Positions 38,301-48,610 of a stretch of 64,000 bases of DNA are shown here, in pieces. Every line of letters starts with the position of its first letter. Positions within the stretch are counted from its first letter, which is position 1. The notes beneath the pieces were generated by a model that was given only the letters and a program-made list of their open reading frames with translations, had not been told where the DNA came from and searched no databases. Source of the DNA: Chiloscyllium plagiosum (taxonomy: Eukaryota); contig NC_057718.1 in NCBI RefSeq assembly GCF_004010195.1, positions 76,407,642-76,471,641 of the forward strand. Direction: 5' to 3'. Both the position numbers and the translations under genes were made by a program.

Positions 38301-39387
38301 ACGAGATTAGATCTCATGGAGTACAGGGAGAACTAGCCATTTGGATACAGAACTGGCTCAAAAGTAGAAGACAGGGTGGTGGTGGAGGGTTGTTTTTCAG
38401 ACTGGAGGCCTGTGACCAATGGATTGCCACAACGATCGGTGCTGGGCCCTCTACATTTTGTCATTTACATAAATGATTTGGATGTGAGCATAAGAGGTAC
38501 AGTTAGTAAGTTTGCAGATGATACCAAAATTGGAGGTGTAGTGAACAGCGAAGAGGGTTACCTCAGATTACAACAGGATGGGCCAATGAGCTGAAAAGAG
38601 TTTAATTCAGATAAATGTGAGGTGCTGCATTTTGGGAAAGCAAATCTTAGCAAGACTTATACACTTAATGGTGATGTCCTTGGGAGTGTTACTGAACAAA
38701 GAGACCTTGGAGTGCAGGTTCATAGCTCCTTGAAAGTGGACTCGCAGGTAGATAGGATAGCGAAGCGTTTGCTATGCTTTCCTTTATTGGTCAGAGTATT
38801 GAGTACCAGGAGCTGGGAGGTCATGTTGTGGCTGTACAGGACATTGGTTAGGCCACTGTTGGAATATTGCGTGCAATTCTGGTCTCCTTCCTATCGGAAA
38901 GATGTTGTGAAACTTGAAAGGGTTCAGAAACAATTTACAAGGATGTTGGTAGGGTTGGAGGATCTGAGCTACAGAGGGAGGCTGAACAGGCTGGGGTTGT
39001 TTTCCCTGGAGTGTCGGAGGCTGAGGGGTGACCTTATAGAGGTTTACAAAATTGTGAGGGGTATGAATAGGATAAATAGACAAACTCTTTTCCCTGGGGT
39101 TGGGGAGTCCAGAACTAGAGCGCATAGGTTTAGGGTGAGAGGGGAAAGGTATAAAAGACACCTAAGGGGCAACGCTTTCATGCAGAGGGTGGATACGTGT
39201 ATGGAATGAGCTGCCAGAGGATGTGGTGGAGGCTGGTACAATTGCAACATTTAAGAGGCATTTGGATGGGTATATGAATTGGAAGGGTTTGGAGGGCAGG
39301 GGAGACTAGGTTGGGTTGGGATATCTGGTTGGCATGGACGGGTTGGACTGAAAGGTCTGTTTCCATGCTGTACATCTCTATGACTAT
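35344..39387 (+). mobile_element. Full-length CR1 LINE (5' UTR, ORF1, ORF2 EN-RT, tail), inactivated
   Basis: ORF1 start MAFAVICTSCQMWE at 35923. Endonuclease YFNARG..., IIAITETWL, VGDFNFP. RT MDFSKAFDKVPH and SKFADDTK. 8-bp TSD AAATGCTG at 35336-35343 and 39388-39395. Stops and frameshifts present. Confidence 0.93.
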
Positions 39388-39402
39388 AAATGCTGTGGTC
39401 TC

Positions 39403-40161
39403 ATGGGAAAGTGTGAGGTCATGCAATTTGGTAGAAAAAATAGAATCATCGACTTTTCTCAAAATAGGGAGAAAATTCAGAACTCTGAGATGCAAAGGGA
39501 CTTGGGAGTCCCAGTCCAGGATTCTCTTAAGGTAAACTTGCACGTTGAGTTGGTAGTTAGGAAGGCAAACACAATGTTGACATTTATATCAAGAGGACTA
39601 GAATATAAATCTGGGATGTACTTCTGAGGCTCTATAAGGCTCCGGTCAGTCCATATTTAGAGTACTGTGAACAATTTTGGACCCATATCTCAGGAAGGAT
39701 GTACTAGCTCTGGAGGCGGTTCACAGGAATGATCCCAGCAATGAAAGGCTTAACACATGAGGAATATTTGAGAAATCTGGGTTTATACTCAGTGGAATTT
39801 AGAAAGGTGTGGAGGCTCTAATTGAAACTTACAGAATACTGAAAGGCCTGGATACAGTGGAAGTTGGGAAGATGTTTCCATTGGCAGGAGAGATTACTCT
39901 AAGGGCACAGCCTTAGAGTAAAAGGAATACCCTTTAGAGTGAAGATAAGGAGAAACCTCTTCAGCTAGAGAGTGGTGAATCTATGGAATTAATTGCCACA
40001 GAAGGCTTTGGAGACCAGGTCATTAAGTATATTTAAGACAGAGATAGATTCTTAATTGTTAAGAGGATCAAAGGTTACAGGGAGAAGGTTAAGACAGGAA
40101 TGAATGGCACTGCCAAATGGGCAGGATGGCCTAATTTCTGCTCCTATGCCTTATGGTCTTA
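39403..40161 (+). mobile_element. 5'-truncated CR1 of a second subfamily
   Basis: KCEVMQFG...RDLGVPV. Tail CCTATGCCTTATGGTCTTAT. Confidence 0.9.
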
Positions 40162-41234
40162 TAGCATTGAAGTCTCCAGAAGAATGATCTTGTCCTCCTT
40201 GGGGAAACTTGACAATGTGTGGCAAGGTTGGCATAGAAAGTGTTAGTTATTTCCTCCTCCAAGTCAATGGTAGGGGCATTCAGAACTGTAGCCATCTGGT
40301 TGTGGTGAGCAATAAGCAGATGGTTATGAGTTTGTCATTGATTCCCACAATAAGTTCAAAGAGAAAACTGTTTCTTAATTGTGAGTCCAATGCCATGAAT
40401 TCAGGGCTCATCAGCAGCCTTCCTTTCCAGAAGATGGTGTAACTACTTTTTAACCTCCTTCAGTTTCCCTTCATCTGCAAGCTGGGTTTTGGAAAGAGCA
40501 ATGAGGTCGATCGAGCATCTCTTTAGTTCTCTAGCTATGATTGCAGTTCTTCTCTCATGTTGGTCACTGTTGGCTGGGTACCTCAGGGTTCTTACATTCC
40601 AGGCTCCAACGTTTATTATTCTTCATTTCTAACTGCATGTGGGTGATCCTTCTCGACGTAGTAATTCAGTCAGGAGTTTTGATGGAGGCTACTTTTAGAG
40701 AAGCTTTTCCAGCTGCCTCCCCTACTGGGATGAGCAGAGCAGATCTTAAACAGAATGCTAGGTTGTGGATGCAGCTGCCGAAATTCTCTGTCTCATCCAG
40801 GAGCAAGATAAATGAATCTGACACCACCATCTAATATGTCAGTTTGTGACTAGGGGCTTCCAGGTATCACAAGTTCTGCCCCCTCTGCCACCTGCTGATC
40901 ACCATAGGATGTTTGTATGGGATGTAAGTAGGTTGGATACCTCTCGGGTGGACGCCTGTGTGTTACTCTTTAATGTCAGGAGGCTGGTGCATAGGCCCTC
41001 AAGAGATCCCATGCACCTTGGTTGATAGGGGTCGAAACCCAGAGGCATTGAGACCAAGAGGGCTGACGGTCCTTCTCTTTAGCAGCCTTCATTTACATTT
41101 GCAACTGTTACGATGCTCTAATTTAAGTTCAACTATCATCCTCCGCCTGCTCCACCATTGAGATCTTCATGGAAACTCCCCCCTGTTTGGAACCTCCCCC
41201 TTGACCTTACCTTCATTGGTGACTAGGGTGCTAA

Positions 41235-41656
41235 CTATAAAGAGTGGTTGAGTAGATTAGGATTGTTTTTATTAGAAAGACAGAGGTTGAATGGGGACCT
41301 GATTGAGGTCTGCAAAACCATGAGAGGTATAGACAGGGTGGATAGCAAGAAGCTTTTTCCCTGAGTGGGAACTCAATTACTAGGGGTCACGAGTTCAAAG
41401 TGAGTGGTGAAATGTTTAGGGGGAGATACACGTGGAAAGTTCCTTACACAGAGGGTGGAGGGTGCCTGGAACACATTACCAGCAGAGGTAGTAGAGATGG
41501 GCATGATAGCATCATTTAAGAAGAATCTAGACGGATACATGAATGGGCAGGGAGCGGAGAGATACAGACCCTTAGAAAATAGGCGATAGGTTTAGATAGA
41601 GGATCTGGATTGGTGCAGGCTTAGAGGGCCTAAAAGCTGTAATTTTCTTTGTTCTT
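41235..41656 (+). mobile_element. CR1 3' fragment inserted in the RTE 5' UTR
   Basis: GDLIEV...FLTQRVEGAWNTLPAEVVE. Tail TTCTTTGTTCTTTG. Confidence 0.88.
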
Positions 41657-41749
41657 TGACCCTGTCAGGAGCTATACTTCAGACAGTTTAGCTCATTGTT
41701 CCTAGGCACGCACAAGCCTCGCCACCACAACAAGGTCACTATCAATGCT

Positions 41750-42499
41750 CAGGCAGGATGCATTGCTTAGTATTGGTGCATTTTCCAGATGTATTACTCA
41801 ATATCAGTAGATTGTTAGTATCCTTTGCTCAATAACAGTCATTCTCTAGACAAATTGTTCAATATCGTTGTATTATCTGTGTACATTACTCAAAATCAAT
41901 GCATTCTTGAGATGCATTTCTCAATTTCAGTCAATTATTTAGATGTAATCCTCAATATGATGCCTTTACTGGAACATTTGCTCAACACTGGTGCATTCAT
42001 AGGATTAATTGCTCAATATTGACACATTTTTAGGATGTATTGCTCAATATCAGTATTCATTGTTTCATATCAGTGTGATTGCAGGATGCATTACTTAATA
42101 TCGATAATTTCTCTGAATGCATTTTTCAACATTAGTATATTCTCAGCTTCCATTGGTCCACTTCATTCTCTGGATGCATTGTCCATTATCAGTCTGCAGA
42201 TGCATTGCTGATTTTCAAGGTAACGTGATGTGTTGTTCAATATCAGCCATTCTCCAGATACATTGTTTAATATCATTTGTTGCTGAATATTGCTTAATAT
42301 TCACACGGTGCATGAATCCCTTGGTCAATATCAGTGCATTTGGAGAATGCATAACTTAATAACTGCATTCTCAGGTTGCATTCCTCAATGTCAATGTATT
42401 TGCACTATGCATTGCTCTGTATTAGTACATTTTCCTGATGTATCAATCAACATCAATGCATTCTCAGGATCCACTGTTCCATAGTGGTGCATTTGCAGA
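41750..42499 (+). repeat. Degenerate 31-bp tandem array, segment 3
   Basis: Consensus about CTCAATATCAGTGCATTCTCAGGATGCATTG. Confidence 0.85.
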
Positions 42500-42957
42500 T
42501 ATCTTGGATCACAGAGTGTATCCAAGCGATTCTTTTGGATTTGGTTAAATGCAAATAAGACGTGACAACAGAAATTGCTTAAATATGAATGATTATTAAG
42601 TAATAATAAAAGATGTAAAAGGAAAGAGAACACAATAATAAATTATGATAAAGGAAGGAGAAGAAACAATAGGCCTCACACACATCTGCATGTCAGGGAT
42701 GCCATAATCGATGCCTGGTTTGAAAAGTCAGGTTTGTTCCTGGCACCGCTAGCGATCCCGGTCCAAAGTGAAGTCCAGCCACTTGGAGCAAAACTCTCTC
42801 TCTCTCTCTCTTAGACAGTGTAACAAACAGCCTGCACAGAAAAAACAAGCTGCTGGCGCTGTCTGCGGCCCACAAAGGAGGGTTCACAGGACTCATTCAA
42901 GGTCATGCAGCTGTCAAATATCATCAACAATTTTCACTCTTCAGCCCATCCTATACA
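42500..42957 (-). repeat. ERV 3' LTR (458 bp)
   Basis: Plus strand TATCTTGGATCACAGAGTGT...GCCCATCCTATACA, homologous to 45951-46340. Confidence 0.9.
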
Positions 42958-43199
42958 ATCCACCCTGAAGATATTTGACAGCAAGTGTTACAATTACAAA
43001 TGCAGGCGCAAAGCAGCGATAGCCACACGAGAATGCAGAACAAGCATATGTAACCTACAACAGAAAATTAAAACTAGAATGAAAATGACCATCACCAATT
43101 TGAATAATACAACAATAGGGCGTATCATCAAAGTAATGAAATTAAGTACAGCAGCTGCCAACTGCAGTATCTGTCCATAATAAATTAATATGGTTCATG

Positions 43200-43500
43200 T
43201 CATATAGGTGGGCAATCTTTGACAACTCATTCTCTTTAAGTTAACTTCACTTTGGTACTGCCTGCCCCAATATCAGTAGCCAATAGGTATCATGGACAAT
43301 TATCTCATCAGGTTTTGGAGGGTTTTGTGGGTGGCCCCCTGCGCAAAGGCCTTTGGATGTTGTAAGTTTACTGGGAGGATGTAACTGGTCACCTCCTTTA
43401 AACATTCGGCTCATGAGTGTCCCACCTTTCAGAATATTCAGATTATACAATGCCTATGGCAACACTTTGAGCCACAGCTGTAATTTATGGTTAGGTGGAC
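43200..43500 (-). pseudogene. Probable integrase C-terminal remnant
   Basis: PQNPPKPDEIIVHDTYW resembles the class III integrase C-terminus. Position fits the end of pol. Confidence 0.5.
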
Positions 43501-43502
43501 TT

Positions 43503-43704
43503 CAGGTGGCTAGATTTTACCTCGGACCGGGATCGCTAGCGGTGCCGGGAACAAACCTGACTTTCCAAACTGGCCATCGATTATGGCATCCCTGACATGC
43601 AGACGTGTGTGAGGCCTATTGTTTCTTTTCCTTCCTTTATCATCATTTATTATTGTGTTCTCTTTCCTTTTACATCTTTTATTATTACTTAATAATCATT
43701 CATA
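43503..43704 (+). repeat. Inverted internal copy of an LTR segment
   Basis: Reverse complement of 42584-42785. The shared peptide GPGSLAVPGTNLTFQT appears in opposite-strand ORFs 42693-42896 and 43353-43595. Confidence 0.92.
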
Positions 43705-44042
43705 ACAGTCACAGCTGGCATACCAAAAGGGAATTTGCCTAATGGGGTTTGCAAGGTGGTCCCTCTTAATAAGTCCATACCGATAATATTTTCTGGTATG
43801 TTGGATATCAATACTGGGACCACTAGTGGGGCCCATCCCCCAAAACTACTCTAATATTTATTCTAATTGCCAGTGTTACTGCCCCACCAAATCCCTTAAT
43901 AGTCATTTTAAGCCCTATATATCTATGTGGATTGCTGTGTATAATAGTAACTTCTACCCCAGTGTCTAGTAGTGCAATATCTCTTGTACATTGCCTTTCC
44001 TCTGATAAACGGTGGTAGGGACATGAGGCGTTGGGTCTCCAG
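43705..44042 (-). pseudogene. pro: Retroviral aspartic protease pseudogene (ERV-L-like)
   Basis: GDPTPHVPTTVY...KGNVQ-IALLDTGVEVTIIHSNP...IKGFGG...PVLISNIPENIIGMDLL. LLDTG at 43958-43972; two frameshifts. Confidence 0.88.
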
Positions 44043-44049
44043 TCTTACT

Positions 44050-45920
44050 CAGACCCCAGAATCCCTCCTCACCCTTAATTGATTGGCTGGCTGGTTCAAC
44101 ACAACTGCCCACCCTCCCCCATGCTCGGGCAGAGTGATGTTGTGGGAGATGTAGTCGCTTTGGTTTCCTTTCCTCCCTCCACATCTGAAGAGCAGTGCAT
44201 CCTCCACATATTGTACATAGGTATTCTATGTATCTTACTCCTCTCTATTCCTGCTTTCAATAATTCTGCGAACATTTCTCTTCTGGTTATCTTTTCACCT
44301 TCAAAACCACCCCACCTCTACCTTGTTGTCCCTGTTTGTGCTTGCTCGAGTGGGCCTCACTCTTTGCTTACCAGCCTCCATATCCTCTAACTGTCCCAAC
44401 AACAAGCATATTTGTCCCACTGCCTGTCCATGGGCTGGTCCTAATTGAGCTAATAGGGCACTTCTCATCCAGCCCAGACCATGTCACATTAGCCCGGTTC
44501 CTCATTCCGGCTGTGAAAGCTTCCTGGTCAGGACCCTGAAACTGTCAAGATTACATACCCCGCTTATGTAGCCAAATCCTTCAAACATTTTATACCTCTG
44601 GAATGCTCTCTCTCATTTTACAACATCACCTTCCCAATCTATCAGAGAAGGGAACTTGTTTGCTACTGCTTGTGTCAGTGCATTACATAACAATCCAGTC
44701 TGCCCTACTTTTCTAAAATCACTACTCACATGTGAACCAACACTTAATGCTCCCAGATTTCCTTACTCTGTAGAACTCAACATAACGTGGTGACACACCG
44801 GTCCCATAACCACATCAACCAAGAGGCCAAGGGTTCACTGGGGATTTTTGCTTAAAGCGTGACCCCAAGTCCTGCAACTCAGACATAGACTGATCTCTCA
44901 CTATTCTCGAATTTTGTGGGTATTGTCCTCCTATTTGTTTTGCCTTATTTGTTATTAGGGGTCATGCTGTTAGTCCCTTTCCTGAGGATGGCTCCGGAGG
45001 TGCAGCATCCCCTCCCCCATCTGTCCATTTATACTCTGAATCAGACAAATACCAAATTGGGGCGGCACGGTGGCACAGTGGTCAGCACTGCTGCTTCACA
45101 GCACCAGAGACCCGGGTTCAATTCCCGACTCAGGCGACTGACTGTGTGGAGTTTGCACATTCTCCCTGTGTCTGCGTGGGTTTCCTCCGGGTGCTCCAGT
45201 TTCCTCCCACAGTCCAAAGATGTGCAGGTTAGGTGAATTGGCCATGCTAAATTGCCCGTAGTGTTAGGTAAAGGGGTAAATTAGGGGAATGGGTGGGTTG
45301 CGCTTCGGCGGGTCGGTGTGGACTTGTTGGGCCGAAGGGCCTGTTTCCACACTGTAAGTAATCTAATCTAATCTAATCTCCATCCCAATGGTCAGGGTCC
45401 CACTGTGATGTTAATAATGTGCACACTTTGACTGGGTCAAATTTCCAAATGCACGTTTTGTTCTCTCTTTCTGTTGTACCATTGCCAAATGACATACTAC
45501 CTGGTTCTGTTTCTCCTCCCACCTTCTCAGCTCTCTCCTGCGCTGAGCAAACTGTGTCTGTTAGAGCGATGTTACGCTGGTTTACCATCATCAATACGGC
45601 TCAAGCTGCCTGTTCTTGGTCTAACACTGTTCCAATTTCCTACACATAGAACACAAAGCTTTTAACAATATCCATCCTATTTGCAGCACACTGTCCTTGC
45701 TTTTGGGGAAGCCCGCTTCCTGCAAACACTCATGTATGGCAGCAAGTATAAATAACCTTCCTTTCTCTCTTTCTCCAGTTATTATTGTCCCCCACTCTTC
45801 CAAGGATCCTAACTGTGCTAACAGATTAGCTACAGACCCAAATGCAGAGTTTGTCACATTTCATCCTGGAACATGGAAGGTCTCCAGAGCATTAGGCTGC
45901 CTTTCCCTTCTCTTAAACAT
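44050..45920 (-). pseudogene. gag: ERV-L/Fv1-type gag pseudogene, split by a SINE
   Basis: VKVCTLLTSQWDPDHWDGD|IW; ELQDLGSRFKQK-PSEPLASWLMWLWD (MHR-like); QGPDQEAFTAGMRN; ITRREMFAELLKAGIERSKIHRIP. No CCHC knuckle seen. Confidence 0.82.
45058..45372 (+). mobile_element. tRNA-derived SINE (HE1/V-SINE type), full length
   Basis: A box TGGCACAGTGG, B box GGTTCAATTCC, central TGTGTGGAGTTTGCACATTCTCCC, CR1-like 3' part and (AATCT)n tail. Confidence 0.93.
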
Positions 45921-45928
45921 TTTCCCAA

Positions 45929-45946
45929 ATCCCATCGTCATCGTGA
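45929..45946 (-). promoter_or_regulatory. Degenerate primer-binding site, tRNA-Ser(GCU)-like
   Basis: TCACGATGACGATGGGAT matches TGGCGACGAGGATGGGAT (complement of the vertebrate tRNA-Ser-GCU 3' end, from memory) at 14/18 positions, 4 nt from the 5' LTR. Confidence 0.5.
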
Positions 45947-45950
45947 AGAA

Positions 45951-46340
45951 TGTCTTGGATCACAGAGTGTTTCCAACTGGTTCTTTGGTTAAATGTAATT
46001 AAGAGAAGGCTCGACATCAGCAATTTGCTTCGATATGAACATTTATTAAGTAATAATAAAAAATGGAAGAGAAAGGAAAAACACAATAATAAAATTGTTG
46101 ATGACTGGTCTAGAGGGTTAGGCTCAGTCCTGGGACCATTCATGATCCTAGTCCAAGGTGAAGTCCCGCCACTTGTAATGAAGCTCTCTCTCTCTTAGAC
46201 AGTGTGACAAACAGCCTGTATAGAAAAACAAGCTGCTGGTGCTGTCTGTGGCCCACAAAAGAATGTTCACTGGACTTATTCATGGTCATGCAGCTGTCGA
46301 ATATCATCCACAATTTTCTTCCTTCGGCCCATCCTATACA
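45951..46340 (-). repeat. ERV 5' LTR (390 bp)
   Basis: Plus strand TGTCTTGGATCACAGAGTGT...GCCCATCCTATACA. Minus-strand AATAAA at 46042-46047. Confidence 0.9.
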
Positions 46341-46345
46341 GCAGA

Positions 46346-46725
46346 ATGAACGCTCAATATCAGTGCATTCCCTGGATAGATTGCTCCGCATTCATTGTTT
46401 CTGGATATATTGCTCAATATCAGTGCATTTTCCAAGTCCGTTGCTCAGAATCAATGCGTTCTTAAGATGCATTGCTTAATATCGGTGTATTCTCTAAATG
46501 TATTACTCAATATTACTGTACTATTAGAATGTAGTAGTCAATGATAGTGCATTCTCCACATGAGTTACTCAATATTAGTGGATTCACTGCACACACTGCA
46601 CAATTTCAATACAATGTGCTGCTCAATATCAGTACAATCTCTGAATGTATTGTTCAATGTCATTGCATTCACTAAATCTGCTGGTCAATGTCAATGCATT
46701 CATTAGGACCATTGCTTAATATTAG
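46346..46725 (+). repeat. Degenerate 31-bp tandem array, segment 4
   Basis: T(G/A)CT(C/T)A anchors at 46411, 46442, 46473 and 46504 (period 31). Confidence 0.9.
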
Positions 46726-48390
46726 TGGGAAGGAAAAGCCAGAGAACTATAGACCAGTGAGTCTGATGTCAATGCTGGGCAAGCTGTTGGAGGGGATCCT
46801 GAGGGATAGTATTTATGTACATTTGGAAAGGCAAGGACAGATTAGGATTAGTTGACATGGCTTTTTTGCATGGGAACTCATGTCTCACAAACTTGATTGA
46901 GGTTTTGAAGAAGTTACAACAAGAATTAATGAGGGCAGAGTGATGGATGCGACCTTCAGTAAGTCGTTCAACAAAGTTCCTCATGGTAGACTCGTTAGCA
47001 AGATTAGATCTCATGGAATACAGGCAGAACTAGCCATTTTGAAACAGAACTGGCTTGAAGGTGGAAGACAAAAGGTGATGATGGAGGGTTATTTTTCAGA
47101 CTGGAGGCCTGTGGCCAGTGGTGTGCCACAAGAATTGGTGCTGGGTCCACTGCTTTTCATCATCTTATATAAGTGATTTGGATGTGAATATAGGAGGTAT
47201 GGTTAATAAGTTTGCAGATGACACCAAGATTGGAGGTGTAGTGGACCAGCAAAGAAGGTTATCTCAGAGTATAACAGGACCTTGATCAGATGGGCCAATT
47301 GGCCGAAGAGTGGCAGGAGTTTAGATTAGATTAGATTACTTAGAGTGTGGAAACAGGCCCTTCAGCCCGACAAGTCCACATCGACCCTCCGAAGAGTAAC
47401 CCACCCAGACCCATTCCCCTACATTTACCCCTTACCTAACATTATGGGCAATTTAGCATGGCCAATTCACCTAACCTGCACATTTATGGACTATGGGAGG
47501 AAACCAGAGCAACCGGAGGAAATCCACACAGACACGGGGAGAATGTGCAAACTCCACACAGACAGTTGCGTGGAGGCGGGAATTGAACCCGGACCTCTGG
47601 CGCTGTGAAGCAACTGTGCTAACCACTGTGCCACCGTGCTGCCAAATTTAGATTAAATGTGACTTGCTGCATTTTGGAAAGGCAAATTATGGCAGGACTT
47701 ATACACTTAATGGTGAGATACTGGGGAATGTTGCTGAACAAAGAGACCTTGGAGTGCAGATTCATAGCTCCTTGAAAGTGGAGTCACAGGTAGATAGGAT
47801 AGTGAAGAAGGCGTTTGGTATGGTTGCCTCTATTGGTCAGTGCATTGCATATCAATTTTAGGAGGTCGTGTTGCGGCTGTACAGGACATTGGTTAGGTAA
47901 CGTTTGGAATACTGCATGCAATTCTGGCCTCCTGCTGTAGGAAGGATGTTGTGAAACTTGAAAAGAGTTCAGAAAAGATTTACAAGAATTTTGTCAGGAT
48001 TGAAGGGTTTGAACTATAGGATGAGCTGAATAAGCTAGGACTATTTTTTCTGGAGGATTGACGGCTGAGGAGATGTTAATAAAATCATGAGGGCATGGAT
48101 AGGGTGAATAGCCAAGGTCTTTTCTCCAGGGTAGGGGAGTCCAAAACTAGAGGGTATAGGTTTAGGGTAAGAGGGNNNNNNNNNNNNNNNNNGCTGCCAG
48201 AGGAAGTGGTGGAGGTTGGTACAATTGCAACATTTCAAAGGCATCTGGATGGGTATATAAATAGGAAGGGTTTAGAGGGATATGGACCAAATGCTGGCAA
48301 ATGGGACTAGGTTAACTTAGGCTATCTGTTTGGCATGCACGATTTCGACCGAAGGATCTGTTTCCATGCTGTACATCTCTGTAACTCTAC
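46726..48390 (+). mobile_element. 5'-truncated CR1 LINE containing a SINE
   Basis: NYRPVSL...FSKSFNKVPH...GVPQELVLGP...KFADDTK, with CR1 tail. Confidence 0.92.
47322..47644 (-). mobile_element. HE1-type tRNA SINE
   Basis: Reverse complement of 45058-45372, with (TTAGA)n tail. Confidence 0.92.
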
Positions 48391-48610
48391 AATGCGTTCA
48401 CAGGATGCTTTACTCAATATCAATGCATTGCTGCTATATGCAGTGCTGATATCAGTGAATTTGCTGGAGGTATTGCTCAATATCAATGCATTCTCCGGCT
48501 ATATGGTTGAGTTTCTGTACATTGTCCTATTGCATTGCTCAATATTATATTCTCTGGATGCATTGTTCAATATCGGTACTTTCACAGGATATATTGCTCA
48601 ATGATAGTTA
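48391..48610 (+). repeat. Degenerate 31-bp tandem array, segment 5
   Basis: CTCAATATCAATGCATT repeats resume directly after the CR1 tail. Confidence 0.85.

Larger units (their letters stand above)
33150..41745 (-). mobile_element. RTE (BovB-like) LINE with 5' end present, split by four nested insertions
   Basis: RT MEIGIKQSC. Endonuclease TNALFHQKNKFKASWRHPxSKQWHFIDHV (about 35215-35300) continues as PKEDKII-GDFN (40165-40205). BovB-like 5' end CCTTGTTGTGGTGGCGAGGCTTG at about 41713-41735. 3' boundary approximate. Confidence 0.85.
42500..46340 (-). mobile_element. Class III (ERV-L/ERV-S-like) endogenous retrovirus, internally deleted provirus
   Basis: Direct-repeat LTRs at 42500-42957 and 45951-46340. 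5-bp TSD GCAGA at 42495-42499 and 46341-46345. ERV-L-type gag and protease motifs; purine-rich AGGGTGGA before the 3' LTR. Confidence 0.88.

Noticed and set aside
30920..38476. ORFs of 138-500 aa containing long X runs
   Set aside because: Their length comes from N gaps; the flanks are PLE or CR1 sequence.
45058..45130. tRNA gene
   Set aside because: The A and B boxes are the head of a SINE present in four copies with body and tail.
41750..46725. 31-bp repeats as a CRISPR-like array or coding repeat
   Set aside because: Units are contiguous with no unique spacers, there are no cas genes, the context is eukaryotic, and the period is not a multiple of 3.
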